Assembly (NCBI GenBank): GCA_964464605.1
Contig: CAYXJN010000010.1
Span: 1-56,301 of the forward strand
Source: an uncultured Ignavibacteriales bacterium
GTDB taxonomy: Bacteria; Zixibacteria; MSB-5A5; GN15; FEB-12
DNA: 56,301 bases
Direction: 5' to 3'
This document shows positions 1 to 11,308 of this stretch, piece by piece (the stretch's first letter is position 1; every line of letters starts with the position of its first letter). Made by a program: the position numbers and the translations under genes. The notes below the pieces were generated by a model that was given only the letters and a program-made list of their open reading frames with translations, did not search any database and had not been told where the DNA came from.

Positions 1-372
1 CTGTCCCGGCGCACGGTTAGGAAACGGCATAGCGAACTCTTCGATTTTTTCAATCACCCACCCCCCGCCCGGCAAACAGTGTTTTGGTGAGTGAATCTGG
101 CTGCCGTATTTCTGCGATGAAAAATAGGCAATAAACAACCAAAGCGAGGCGCCGTTGGTCCCCTTGTATAAACGAAGGGTCGTGGTATCTGCTTTTAATA
201 CATCGTAGCTCGCTTCGGAAAAACGACGCTCTTCACCGAAATAGCCGCCTCCTTCCATCGGGATTACAGAGAATGAGGGTGGTTTATCAGGGTCCTGACT
301 GTTGTAGCGCAGGAAATTACCGAACGACCCGCCGATAACCAGCACGATTATGGCAATGAGTACCGGCTTCAT
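1..372 (-). CDS. epsI: EpsI family exosortase-associated protein (3' end runs off the window)
   Basis: Not in the ORF track; translated by hand as MKPVLIAIIVLVIGG...LFIAYFSSQKYGSQIHSPKHCLPGGGW. The HSP..CLPG.GW motif is typical of EpsI. Its start overlaps the exosortase stop (ATGA). Confidence 0.88.
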   Translation of the reverse strand, partial: MKPVLIAIIVLVIGGSFGNFLRYNSQDPDKPPSFSVIPMEGGGYFGEERRFSEASYDVLKADTTTLRLYKGTNGASLWLFIAYFSSQKYGSQIHSPKHCLPGGGWVIEKIEEFAMPFPNRAPGQ

Positions 373-1223
373 TTGAATATCCGTTTCAGTATCGCGCCGA
401 ATATGAACAGCATAATGAACGCGACAACAAATACCATCATCCCCATAATCGAATGCACCGGTTCTTCAGCCGCTGCCGGCGAAATGGTGTAGACTAAAAT
501 AGAAGTGACCAACACCCGAAAGACATTCGCGATTACGGCAATAGGAATAGTTGAAATGAACAATAACGCTTTCGGTACTAATTTTTCCTGCGTGGAGTGT
601 GCATACAAAGCACCAAGCGCAATGAGCGCCATCAGGGAACGAACACCGGAACAGGCTTCGGCGACTTCCAAAGAATAATCGGCGATATGAATGATATTCC
701 CCTGCTGAATAACCGCCGCGCCCAAAAATTTCAACGCAACGACGGTGATTTTTGTAGCGAGCATCTGCATTGGAAAGGCGACTGAGTAATACAGCACGTA
801 TGGAATCGGAATCATAAATAACAGGAAAAAGCACTCAAACCAGATTATCCGTATCAGTTTGCCACCGAAGAAGTACCAGAGCAGACCGGTCAGGCACATG
901 ACAAAGGAAACACGAAGGGTAAAATACTCTGCAGCTCCGTTGGCAACGACGAACAACAGCATGCCGGCGATGACTAAAAAAAGCCCGCGCGAATCGATCT
1001 GTTTGGGAAGGGCGGCGATCTCTTTTCGTTTCCCCCATGCCAGATAAGTGCAGACGACCGGAATGAGAAAGCCGTGGGAATAATTGTCATCGGTCGCCCA
1101 GGTAATAACGAGTTCCTGCAAAGCAGGCAGATAGATGACAAACAGCAAAACAAACGGTATTCCCCATACCCACCAACTGAGCGAGGAAACCGGGTTTTTG
1201 CTTTGCGTTTCTGACATATTCAT
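369..1223 (-). CDS. Exosortase (EpsH/Xrt family)
   Basis: Multi-TM protein with YSHGFLIP, VAEACSGVRS (catalytic Cys), ANVFRV (Arg) and VH (His) motifs; adjacent to epsI. Confidence 0.93.
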   Translation of the reverse strand: MNMSETQSKNPVSSLSWWVWGIPFVLLFVIYLPALQELVITWATDDNYSHGFLIPVVCTYLAWGKRKEIAALPKQIDSRGLFLVIAGMLLFVVANGAAEYFTLRVSFVMCLTGLLWYFFGGKLIRIIWFECFFLLFMIPIPYVLYYSVAFPMQMLATKITVVALKFLGAAVIQQGNIIHIADYSLEVAEACSGVRSLMALIALGALYAHSTQEKLVPKALLFISTIPIAVIANVFRVLVTSILVYTISPAAAEEPVHSIMGMMVFVVAFIMLFIFGAILKRIFK

Positions 1224-1326
1224 AGGTAGTGCTAAATAACATAGACCGAAGCCATTTGTTCAATCAACCAGTTTATCGGCAGTAAAAGCGTTGAGGCACG
1301 GGGCAATACAGCATATATTTGGGGCT

Positions 1327-2274
1327 ATGTATCGCCGCAAACGTACCCAGAAAGCCAGCCGGTTTCATTACCTGCTTTTGCTCAATACCGGCTCGGCCAA
1401 ATACTCCCCGAACGATTTAGCCCCTCTTACGGCCGCTATTAAGCAAAAAGGGGGATTTTACACGATCTGCGAGGGGAAATCGGTAGCCGAAATGCTCGGA
1501 CAGGCCAAGACGATAATCGGCGCCGACGGCAAAAAGGAGCCGGATGACTCGGAAGTCGGCAAGCGGGGGAAAATCACCGATCTGATAGCCTGCGGCGGGG
1601 ACGGGACAGTCAATGCCGTAGCCAAACTCGGGCTGGATATGGGCATCCCGATGGGTATTCTCCCGATCGGCCGCTACAACAATGTAGCAATGGGACTGTA
1701 CGGGAAACTCAAAGAATCCGAAATGATCGAGCGGTTACTCAACAGAACCTACCGCCCGGTCGATGTCGCCACAGCCGCCGGACAGGTATTTACTGGGGTG
1801 GTTGGAATCGGTATTATGAGTGAGCTGGCAAAACTATTGAATGACCGCCGTCTCCCCCGTTTCAGTTTCGGCTGGTCGAGTTTGGGAAACAAAGCGGTTG
1901 CCGCGCTACAGCCGCGGGAATTGACGGTAACGGTTGATGCGTTCCGATTCAATATCTCCCCGCTTTTGCTAACCGTCCACCTGCTCCCGCAAACGTTCGG
2001 GCTCCGTTTAAGCCCGGCATCGGTCAACAATGACGGTAAATTCGAAGCAATTATGCATTTCACCGGCGGCGGCAAAGAGGTAGTGCAATTTCTCAAACAG
2101 GTCTATAAAGGGAATTATGTGTTCAACGGAGATATCCGTCAATTCCGTGGGCGAACTATCGTTATAACCGGTACAAAGGGTATGGAGCTCTATGTTGATG
2201 GTGATGTTATCCCGCTCATGACCAATACGGTTGAGATCAAAATGCTCGACAAGCAACTGCAGGTACTCGGATGA
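1327..2274 (+). CDS. Diacylglycerol kinase-family (DAGK/YegS-like) lipid kinase
   Basis: ACGGDGTVN motif, LPIGRYNNVA, and C-terminal YVDGD. ATG 1327 preferred over TTG 1291, which coincides with a -35-like box. Confidence 0.85.
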   Translation: MYRRKRTQKASRFHYLLLLNTGSAKYSPNDLAPLTAAIKQKGGFYTICEGKSVAEMLGQAKTIIGADGKKEPDDSEVGKRGKITDLIACGGDGTVNAVAKLGLDMGIPMGILPIGRYNNVAMGLYGKLKESEMIERLLNRTYRPVDVATAAGQVFTGVVGIGIMSELAKLLNDRRLPRFSFGWSSLGNKAVAALQPRELTVTVDAFRFNISPLLLTVHLLPQTFGLRLSPASVNNDGKFEAIMHFTGGGKEVVQFLKQVYKGNYVFNGDIRQFRGRTIVITGTKGMELYVDGDVIPLMTNTVEIKMLDKQLQVLG

Positions 2275-2861
2275 GGGTACTTTCGTACCTTTTGTTTTTC
2301 ATTTGCTTCAGCACAACGTTTTGCTGGGCGGATGGCCCGCTTCCCCTGCCGAATGACAGTACGCCGATCGTTGATACGTTGTTGTATTCACCCGACAGCA
2401 GCTTTGCCGATGCCGCTCCGGTAACGAATGAAAAGAACTACGAGCAAAATCTTACCCAAAACCCGACAGTTGCATTATTCAAATCTATGATATTACCCGG
2501 TCTGGGACAGATCGGGAATAAGCGGTATTTCAAAGCAGTGTTGTTTGCCGGATTCGACAGCTGGTTTATCTATTCAGCCATCAAACATGGCAACGACGCA
2601 TCCGATTTGAAAAAGCAGTTTAACGCCGCTACTGATGAAGGTGAACGTAATGACCTACATGACAAATACGAAGATAAAGCGGGAACACGAAATTTTCATA
2701 CCTGGATGGCGGTGGTGACCACGGTCGTGGCGATGTTCGATGCCTATGTCGACGCGCATCTTTCCGGCAGCCCGACGGATAAACGCCAGCGCGCGGTTTC
2801 ATTCAACGTACCGCCTCCGATCGACGGAACATTGGCTGCATCGGTTCAGATCAACTTTTAA
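2271..2861 (+). CDS. DUF5683-like membrane/exported protein
   Basis: Signal peptide, NPTVALFKSMILPGLGQIGNK motif and DAYVDAHL; start overlaps the kinase stop. Confidence 0.7.
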   Translation: MRVLSYLLFFICFSTTFCWADGPLPLPNDSTPIVDTLLYSPDSSFADAAPVTNEKNYEQNLTQNPTVALFKSMILPGLGQIGNKRYFKAVLFAGFDSWFIYSAIKHGNDASDLKKQFNAATDEGERNDLHDKYEDKAGTRNFHTWMAVVTTVVAMFDAYVDAHLSGSPTDKRQRAVSFNVPPPIDGTLAASVQINF

Positions 2862-4300
2862 TCGTGTAAAATAAACTGGCGAATGTCGAGGCCATACCGT
2901 TTCGGATCGACATGGCGGACGATTTGCCGGTGTTCGTTCCCCGGTGACGCCAGATCAACCCAGCTTGGCACACTGAGCAGACCTTCTTTGTTACCGACGA
3001 TTTTGACACATGGGCGGGAACGCTGCTCCTCGTTGTTCGTAATCACCAACGCGAGTTCATCGGTAGATAACGAAACCAGAGAACCAACCGGATAGACGCC
3101 GATAATATCGGTGAAAATTTTCAACAGGAACGGATCGAATTTAACAGCCATCTGATATTGCATTTTTTTCAATACTTCGTCCGGCGGCAAAGCTTTGCGC
3201 AGATAGAGCCGTCCGGAACTGAGGGCATCGAATGAATCGACAATCGCAATAATCTTGGAAAAAAGCGTCGGTGTCCGCTTGGTATGTCGCAGACTCGGAT
3301 AGCCGGTAAAATCATTATTGATATGATGCTCAAATGCGCCGCGTGCCGCACGGGCGATATAGGTATCGAATTTCAGGTTGCGTAAAACGGTTTTTGCGCC
3401 CAAAAGCGGATGACGCTGCATTTGCACCCAGTCATTTTCATCATAAGCATCCGGTTTAGCGATCAAATCTTTCGGGAGCTTTACTTTACCTACGTCATGG
3501 AACAATGCCGAAAACCCTAACTGTGCCAACCGGGGGCGGTCAAAACCTAAGCGTACGCCGACAGTCAGCGAGTAAATACAGACGTTGGTGGAATGAGCGT
3601 ACGTGTAATCGTCATAATCCTTAATTGCGGCAAGCTCCAGAAGGGATGCTTCATCCTTTATCAGATGATCAATCAGCCCATGCACGACGCGCTTGGTTTT
3701 GGAGACATTGATGTCCCTGTCCTGATTGGTGAAGGATACTATTTCCCCTACCGCGCTCATTGCTTTTGAGAATGTTACGCGAGCCGATACGCGGAATTGC
3801 TGATGACGTTCCAGCGACGATACTACCAGATTCGCGCCGACTTCATGCAACGCCAACAATTGAATCGCAGGAAACCGGGCGGATTTGAAGCGTTCATTCA
3901 ATGCTGCCGGAGTGGTATTGTTTGGCCGGGCGGACGACAGGAAAACGATAAAGCGATTCAGTTCTTCCGGTTCAATTGCGCCTTTGAACATGACACCGCC
4001 AATTCCGAGTGTTTGCCAATCGGCAATGACGGATGCGGCATTGGTCGGACCGGAATCATCAAAGCGAACCAACTGATCATTTACAAAATAACGCCCTTCA
4101 AAAGCTTTAATAGCAATTTCCGAATTGCTTGCAAGCAGGGCATTGAGCGCAGTGAGGAATGTTTCGCTCTGCAGTTTAAACGTCGCATTGTTTTCATCAT
4201 GAATTCTGGCGGTCTTAAAGAAAAGGAAGAATGATACGACCAGCTTTTCTTCCGCCGGTCCGCCAAGAATACGAGCAGGAGCTTCAGCAACATGACTCAT
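2858..4300 (-). CDS. HD-GYP domain cyclic-dinucleotide phosphodiesterase
   Basis: DDYTYAHS, LFHDVGK, EHHINNDFTGYP and IVDSFDAL motifs. Confidence 0.9.
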   Translation of the reverse strand: MSHVAEAPARILGGPAEEKLVVSFFLFFKTARIHDENNATFKLQSETFLTALNALLASNSEIAIKAFEGRYFVNDQLVRFDDSGPTNAASVIADWQTLGIGGVMFKGAIEPEELNRFIVFLSSARPNNTTPAALNERFKSARFPAIQLLALHEVGANLVVSSLERHQQFRVSARVTFSKAMSAVGEIVSFTNQDRDINVSKTKRVVHGLIDHLIKDEASLLELAAIKDYDDYTYAHSTNVCIYSLTVGVRLGFDRPRLAQLGFSALFHDVGKVKLPKDLIAKPDAYDENDWVQMQRHPLLGAKTVLRNLKFDTYIARAARGAFEHHINNDFTGYPSLRHTKRTPTLFSKIIAIVDSFDALSSGRLYLRKALPPDEVLKKMQYQMAVKFDPFLLKIFTDIIGVYPVGSLVSLSTDELALVITNNEEQRSRPCVKIVGNKEGLLSVPSWVDLASPGNEHRQIVRHVDPKRYGLDIRQFILHD

Positions 4301-6330
4301 TATGCGCCTCCATACAGATATTCGCGACGCTTCTTGATCGATTCGACTGCTTTCGCTTTGACATCCGTCCGCCAGCTTCGGCTTAAGCGAATCAAGGCAT
4401 CCCCCGCCTGATCGCTGCTGTTCATAGTCAGCGCGGTGAAGGCAGCTTCACGGAAAAAGGAAACATTCTGGTCATTGGCGATATTCAAACGCTGGGCAAG
4501 CCCGACCAGATATTCAACCGAGCTTTCTTCACCCAAAATAGAGTATGCGTTCATCAATTCCTGCTGTTCGGACCGTTCAAGCTCACCAAACCGCTCACTG
4601 TTGATAATCGTGGTGACGGCATCCAAAGCATCCGCCCCTTTCCGTTTCACCAGCGTGGTAACTGCGGCTGAACGCACTTCCGCATCTTTATCCTGCGCCG
4701 CTTCTTTGAGAATTTCGATCGTCCGTCGTGACGCACAATCACACAATGAGGTAACCAGATGCAACCGAACGCTCTGGTCATCATGTTTTAATGCATGCCG
4801 GGCATAGCCGATAGCATGGTCGGTGCCGATTTGTACAAGAATGGTAATCGCGTTACGGACCGAGTCGGCCCGCTTTTCATGGATTCCTTTGGCCACGATT
4901 TCCACGTGACGACCACCCAAGCGGGCGAGCGCTTCACTGATAACCTGTTTGTGCTGCGGATGAATCAGTTCGGCCATCATATCGGTAATACCGGCAAGCG
5001 CTTCCCAGCCGAATTGTTCGATATACTTTTTGATTTCGATCGTTCCTAAATCCGGATGATCATTCATCGCCTGCGCAAGCCGTTTAAGTTTCTCACGCGA
5101 TCCGGAAGTAGTCACCGCATCTTTCAACCGTTCCGCCCAAAGCGGACGATCTTTGCGGATACGGTCATCAAGTTCTTTCATATACGATAGAATCTGCGAA
5201 GCATGAATCAGTTTTCCCTGTGCAATGAAATCGCCCATGACTTTTTCACAAATACTGACCGTTTCATAAAACTCCTGCATCTGCGGTTCCTGCAGAAGCA
5301 TCTCTTTCAATAATTCAACCGTCGATTCGTAATCGTCGAACTCTGCGTCTTCGCGCAGAAGCTTGGTGATAATCTCCTGCTCTTCTTCCGAGAGTTTGAA
5401 TTGGTCATTAAGAATCAGCTTGGTATCGGGAAGATTGACCGGATTGACACGGGAAGTAGCGATGTCGCTTATACCCATTGCATCAGCCAATTCAGAAATG
5501 CGCAGTCGCGAAGATTCATCCGGCGAAACCGAGAACAGCAATTCAGAGGCGCTTTCAGCAGAAATACTTCCACCACCGCCGCTAACGGACCGTCCACCCG
5601 ATACGCCACTTCCCGAACCGCTACCGCCTGAACGACCGCCCCCAGAGCGCGGTGCAGCGGTGCCGCTACCCTGACGGGAAGGAGCATCCGAAGTATCCGG
5701 TGAATCGACTTTGGAAGAATCAGCAAATGAAATTTCGTTCGCTTCTACTTCCCGTCCATTCTTCGGCTCAAATATCTGTTCGTAGGACAATGCCTGGTCA
5801 TACCCGAACACTGACCGTTTGATTCCCTGCGAATCTTTGCTCATTCCGCTTTCCATAACGCGGAATTCACCGTCAAACTCAGCAAGCTCGATATCCTGTG
5901 CGGTGGTAAAGCTAAATCCAACTATTTCCGCTTCCCACAACAGCGAGGCCATATCTGCCGTTTTACCGGGAGTATTCAGATATTTTTTGATCGCATCCAA
6001 AAAGCGATAGACACCGACACAATCAAATCCACCGGTGAAAGAAAGGCCGGTTACACCTGTGTCAAAAAATATCCCGGCGAGCGCTTCTTCTTTGGATTTG
6101 TCATGGAACACAACTGTGTCGCCAAGTTTGAGTTCCTCTTTTTCGACATACAGATGCAGATCACCGTAATCGATAATCGTCCGTTCGAATTTTTCGGCAA
6201 AGGACTGGCGAAGCGACTGCGGAAGCGGATTGCTTTCCGGGTACATTGAGACCACTTTGATAACTTTCAGCAAGTCCTTCAAAAGCAGGCTGACGTCTTT
6301 GATTAATTTTTCTTTTTCGTGTTGTTCCAT
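4300..6330 (-). CDS. HEAT-repeat protein with a Gly/Ser-rich linker
   Basis: C-terminal HEAT/PBS-lyase-like repeats (DSVRNAI, QSVRLHLV, AEVRSAAV). ATG 6330 follows GAGGAAGG. Stop overlaps the HD-GYP start by 1 nt. Confidence 0.8.
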   Translation of the reverse strand: MEQHEKEKLIKDVSLLLKDLLKVIKVVSMYPESNPLPQSLRQSFAEKFERTIIDYGDLHLYVEKEELKLGDTVVFHDKSKEEALAGIFFDTGVTGLSFTGGFDCVGVYRFLDAIKKYLNTPGKTADMASLLWEAEIVGFSFTTAQDIELAEFDGEFRVMESGMSKDSQGIKRSVFGYDQALSYEQIFEPKNGREVEANEISFADSSKVDSPDTSDAPSRQGSGTAAPRSGGGRSGGSGSGSGVSGGRSVSGGGGSISAESASELLFSVSPDESSRLRISELADAMGISDIATSRVNPVNLPDTKLILNDQFKLSEEEQEIITKLLREDAEFDDYESTVELLKEMLLQEPQMQEFYETVSICEKVMGDFIAQGKLIHASQILSYMKELDDRIRKDRPLWAERLKDAVTTSGSREKLKRLAQAMNDHPDLGTIEIKKYIEQFGWEALAGITDMMAELIHPQHKQVISEALARLGGRHVEIVAKGIHEKRADSVRNAITILVQIGTDHAIGYARHALKHDDQSVRLHLVTSLCDCASRRTIEILKEAAQDKDAEVRSAAVTTLVKRKGADALDAVTTIINSERFGELERSEQQELMNAYSILGEESSVEYLVGLAQRLNIANDQNVSFFREAAFTALTMNSSDQAGDALIRLSRSWRTDVKAKAVESIKKRREYLYGGA

Positions 6331-6390
6331 GCCAGGTATTCCTTCCTCTAGATATCGGCGTATCGGCATGGGTTGTACAGGATTCTGCCC

Positions 6391-6423
6391 AAATAAAAAC
6401 GCCCTCGCGTAAACGAGGGCGTT
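6391..6423 (-). terminator. Rho-independent terminator after the nucleotide-sugar genes
   Basis: 10-bp stem AACGCCCTCG/CGAGGGCGTT, 6-nt loop, then a T-rich tract on the minus strand. Confidence 0.8.
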
Positions 6424-6452
6424 AAACCTATGTGCAAAAATTGAACAGCGAT

Positions 6453-7796
6453 TTAGAGCAATTCTATCCGCTGTTTATTCTTGGTGACGTTCTTGGTCGC
6501 GTTACGGGTGTCGAACACCAGTTTCGCGTGTTCCGCAATCCAGGCATAATTGTATTGCGAATGGTCGGTCAAAATCACCGTCAGATCGGCGCTTTTGAGC
6601 ACCTGTTCCGTCAGTTTTTTCGACTTATGCACCGCACCGTTCCAGGTGATTTCCGGAACGAACGGGTCATTGTAGGTGATATTGGCGCCATGGTCCTCAA
6701 GAATCTTGATAACATCAAGCGCCGGCGATTCACGGGTATCTTTGATATCCCGCTTATATGCTAATCCGAGCACCAGAATATTCGACTTGTTGACCGCTTT
6801 GGCGACTTTGTGATTCAACAGCGAAGTAATCCGCTCGACCACATACTCAGGCATATGGCTGTTGATTTCACCGGCCAATTCGATAAAGCGGGCATAATAA
6901 TTCAATGATTTCAGCTTCCACGACAGATAATGCGGGTCAATCGGGATACAGTGTCCGCCGAGTCCCGGGCCCGGATAAAACGGCATAAATCCGAACGGTT
7001 TGGTAGCGGCGGCATCGATAATTTCCCAGACATCCAACCCGAGCCGGTCGCACATCAGCGCAACTTCATTGACTAAGCCGATATTCACTGCGCGGAAGGT
7101 GTTTTCCAACAGCTTGACCATTTCGGCAGCCTGTGTTGAGGAAACCGGATAGATATTCGGAATCGTCTGTTCATAAAATGCATGGGCGATCTTGGTGCAG
7201 CTTGGGGTAATACCACCAACCACACGCGGCGTATTTTTCGTCGTGTATTTTGCATTGCCAGGATCGACACGTTCCGGCGAGAACGCCAAAAAGAAATCCT
7301 TACCGACTTTGAAATCAGGGCGTTCCAGTAAAGGCAAAATCAATTCTTCGGTAGTACCGGGATAGGTGGTCGATTCAAGAACAACCAGCGTTCCCTTTTT
7401 GACATACGCTTTCACCCATTCGATTGCGGCGAGAATGTAGGAAACATCCGGGTCTTTCGTTTTCGAAAGCGGAGTCGGCACACAAATAGAAATCGTATCT
7501 ACTTTGGCAATCAGTTTCGGATCGGTGGTGGATATAAACTTCCCGGCATTGACTGCACCTTTGACTGCGGAATCCGGTACATCATCGATATCCGATTTTC
7601 CGGCATTGAGCAGTTTGACTTTTTCCGGTGAAATATCAAACCCGATAACATTGAATCCGGCAGCAGCCAGTTCGATCGAGAGCGGCAGGCCGACATAGCC
7701 TAAACCGATAACTCCGACAGTCGCTCTCCGGTCCTTAATTTTTGCAAACAACTCATCCGCTGCGCTTTTACTTCCCTGTGCCGTCTTCTTTGCCAT
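6453..7796 (-). CDS. UDP-N-acetyl-hexosamine 6-dehydrogenase (WbpA/WecC/TviB family)
   Basis: GLGYVG Rossmann motif, ICVPTP, ESTTYPGTT, FSPER, KLLENTFR and GGHCIPIDP. Confidence 0.93.
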   Translation of the reverse strand: MAKKTAQGSKSAADELFAKIKDRRATVGVIGLGYVGLPLSIELAAAGFNVIGFDISPEKVKLLNAGKSDIDDVPDSAVKGAVNAGKFISTTDPKLIAKVDTISICVPTPLSKTKDPDVSYILAAIEWVKAYVKKGTLVVLESTTYPGTTEELILPLLERPDFKVGKDFFLAFSPERVDPGNAKYTTKNTPRVVGGITPSCTKIAHAFYEQTIPNIYPVSSTQAAEMVKLLENTFRAVNIGLVNEVALMCDRLGLDVWEIIDAAATKPFGFMPFYPGPGLGGHCIPIDPHYLSWKLKSLNYYARFIELAGEINSHMPEYVVERITSLLNHKVAKAVNKSNILVLGLAYKRDIKDTRESPALDVIKILEDHGANITYNDPFVPEITWNGAVHKSKKLTEQVLKSADLTVILTDHSQYNYAWIAEHAKLVFDTRNATKNVTKNKQRIELL

Positions 7797-7817
7797 CTTT
7801 TTCTATCTCCTGACCGG

Positions 7818-8792
7818 TCAGGCAGCTGTGCCGACCGAAATTCTGTTTCTCCAGTAGTGTAACGTATCAGACAACGTCTGCTCCAAGCTATATCGGGCAC
7901 GAAAGCCAACTGCTTGAACCGCTTTTCGGTTACTTCCGCGAAGCATGGGGATATCGCTTTTACGCAAACGCGCCTTGTCTACCTGAACTGTTATTTTTCT
8001 TTCCGACTGTTTCACTAAACAGTGCAAAACCGACTGAATCGTGACCGCCTTGCCGGAACAGAGCTGGTAAATTTCGCCTGCTTTTCCCTTTTCCGCAAGT
8101 AGGCGGTAACCACGAACAATGTCCCGAACATCGGACAAATCCCGTTTTGCGCTCAAATCTCCAACCGAAATCACCGGCTTTTGCTGGCCGGCCTCGATAG
8201 CCGCCACCTGGCGGGCAAATGATGCCACCACAAAGTCCTCCCGCTGGCGGGGTCCGGCATGGTTGAAAGCCCGTATTAACACCACAGGAAGGCCATTGTT
8301 CCGGAAATAATACCGACACAGAGCCTCGGCAGCCGCTTTGGAAATCCCATACGGAGATATCGGGTTAACCAGCTGTTTTTCGGTCAACAGCTTGGTTTTC
8401 GGGGCAAAAACCCCGTAAATATCGGCTGAGGAAACAAAGAGAAATTTTTTCACATTGGCATGTACGGCCGGCTGCAGCAGGTTGAGTGTCCCTTCGACAT
8501 TCACCCGGAATGTCATCCGCTCCATTTCAAACGATCTTCCCACCGAGGCAACCGCGCCGAGATGGTAAATATAATCCGGCTTTACTTTCTGAATCAGCTT
8601 GGCGCAGTTGTCTTCATCTAAAAGATCAAGCTCGGTCATACGGATGCGGTTTACCAGATGCTCGATATTGGCAAGTGAGCCGCCTTTGATATCGACTCCA
8701 CACACCTCATATCCCTGTTCGAGTAATTCTTCGGCGAGAAAACTACCGGCGAAACCGGCAATACCGGTAACGAGTGCAACCGGACGCTTCAT
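7818..8792 (-). CDS. rmd: GDP-4-keto-6-deoxy-D-mannose reductase (GDP-D-rhamnose synthesis)
   Basis: Extended SDR with GIAGFAG, YGISK, RAFNHAGPRQ and RDLSDVRD; directly downstream of gmd. Confidence 0.8.
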   Translation of the reverse strand: MKRPVALVTGIAGFAGSFLAEELLEQGYEVCGVDIKGGSLANIEHLVNRIRMTELDLLDEDNCAKLIQKVKPDYIYHLGAVASVGRSFEMERMTFRVNVEGTLNLLQPAVHANVKKFLFVSSADIYGVFAPKTKLLTEKQLVNPISPYGISKAAAEALCRYYFRNNGLPVVLIRAFNHAGPRQREDFVVASFARQVAAIEAGQQKPVISVGDLSAKRDLSDVRDIVRGYRLLAEKGKAGEIYQLCSGKAVTIQSVLHCLVKQSERKITVQVDKARLRKSDIPMLRGSNRKAVQAVGFRARYSLEQTLSDTLHYWRNRISVGTAA

Positions 8793-8795
8793 ACA

Positions 8796-9764
<969 letters not shown>

Positions 9765-9842
9765 CTATGTCCCTTTCTTACTTGGGTGAATGTAATGCAC
9801 TCTTCTACCCGCCGTCCCGGCTTCCGTTCCGGCGAGATTGTG

Positions 9843-9871
9843 AATATATGAACGAAGTATCGGCTGGTCAA
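9843..9871 (-). promoter_or_regulatory. sigma70-type promoter for gmd-rmd-dehydrogenase
   Basis: TTGACC-N17-TATATT on the minus strand. Confidence 0.6.
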
Positions 9872-9940
9872 CGGCTTTACTGAACCGGGGTTATTTGCTT
9901 GATTCATAGTGGAAAAAAGGTACTTTGGGGTATAACTCGT

Positions 9941-10732
9941 ATGAAAAACCTGTTTCTGGTAATTCTCCTTACTGTCATTGCCTCAACTGCTCTGGGGCAA
10001 AGCTCCGGCCATCCTTTAGGGGTGACACCCTGTGAAGACACGCTGACGTTCGGTCTGGCAGGATTGGATAATGATTCGATGTATGTGGTCAAGCTGATGC
10101 CGGACAGCTACCACAAAACAGCGTCACTGTTTTTAACCCGCGCCAATATCATGAAAATCAGTCAGGTCTGGAAAGTGGACAGCGTTATCGGCCATGGAAA
10201 GAGCTTCACGGAAGTGCAATTGCGTCTGCAAGCGACAGAAGGAACCCGCAGAGTACGGAAAATGATTTTCTGTGTCGCCGGTGGAAAGTTGCGTACCGCT
10301 TTAGATATTTTCGCCGGTGAAACCGGGCATCCGGATGGATTCATCGATGCCACCAAAGACAGCATGCTGGTGTATGACCAAACGCTCGATTATAACATCG
10401 CAATCAGTATCGGTTCAGCGAGTGATGGATCGTATATGGCATCACTGCATGAAACAAGAAAATTAGAAGCGGTTAAGAATACGGCGGTGAATAGTTCATT
10501 CGAACGCACCTACGATCTTACGTTCGATACTGAGCACCATGTCTTTTATGATTCGCTTTTGACGATGAAAGATCGATACACCCTTGTATCTTCAGCCTAT
10601 ACCACACCGAAAATTTCAATCGATACTAAAATCCCTTCCCTTAAACTCTATTATCCAGAGCGTTACTACTTCATCAACGACGGGTGGTACACGGCCTACG
10701 ACGGCGAAACGACGCTTACCCTAAGACCCTAA
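9941..10732 (+). CDS. Hypothetical exported protein
   Basis: ORF with signal peptide MKNLFLVILLTVIASTALG from ATG 9941; no family recognised. Confidence 0.65.
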   Translation: MKNLFLVILLTVIASTALGQSSGHPLGVTPCEDTLTFGLAGLDNDSMYVVKLMPDSYHKTASLFLTRANIMKISQVWKVDSVIGHGKSFTEVQLRLQATEGTRRVRKMIFCVAGGKLRTALDIFAGETGHPDGFIDATKDSMLVYDQTLDYNIAISIGSASDGSYMASLHETRKLEAVKNTAVNSSFERTYDLTFDTEHHVFYDSLLTMKDRYTLVSSAYTTPKISIDTKIPSLKLYYPERYYFINDGWYTAYDGETTLTLRP

Positions 10733-10828
10733 ATATCAGCGACTTACATCGGCGTAATACTCCGGAAGAATTCACAACCTTTTTTGTATTTACTCTGAAG
10801 CCGCGAGGCTAAGTGAAAGGTTGTAACC

Positions 10829-11254
10829 ATGAAACTGCCGCACATTCTTTTATTCGCTTTCGTTCTTGGCTTGGGTGCCTATCCGGCGCAAGAAAAACAG
10901 AAAGCCGATGAAACAAAAACGGCAAAAATCAGCATCCATTTTATGGAATGGAATAGCAGAACTTTTGCACCCATCACCTGCGAAGCGCTCCCTGATTCCA
11001 TACTGGTAACTGATTCTGCTGTTGTCGAACAGTTTGATGCGATACTTGCCTCAACCTATCGCTCGACTGCTTTGGGCATGAACAACGTTGACGTAAGAAT
11101 CTGCTGTACCTATCAAAACGAAAAGGACAGTGTCACACAGCATGTGACGTTTGGTCTGTCAGCAATGTCGGTCAATGATTCGGTGTATACGTTGGATCCT
11201 GAATTTCTTGACCTGGTGGTATCATGCATACCCGGCTATTCACTGAAGCCGTAA
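10829..11254 (+). CDS. Hypothetical exported protein
   Basis: Signal peptide and GAAAGG SD; no family recognised. Confidence 0.6.
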   Translation: MKLPHILLFAFVLGLGAYPAQEKQKADETKTAKISIHFMEWNSRTFAPITCEALPDSILVTDSAVVEQFDAILASTYRSTALGMNNVDVRICCTYQNEKDSVTQHVTFGLSAMSVNDSVYTLDPEFLDLVVSCIPGYSLKP

Positions 11255-11308
11255 AATTTTTGCGCATCTTCTTTGACCTCTCCTCCTTTTTCCCATATCT
11301 TCCCCCTC

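Noticed and set aside
9838..9855. Rex-like box over the gmd -10 element
   Set aside because: Only one good half-site (11/14 match), which could arise by chance in an AT-rich promoter.
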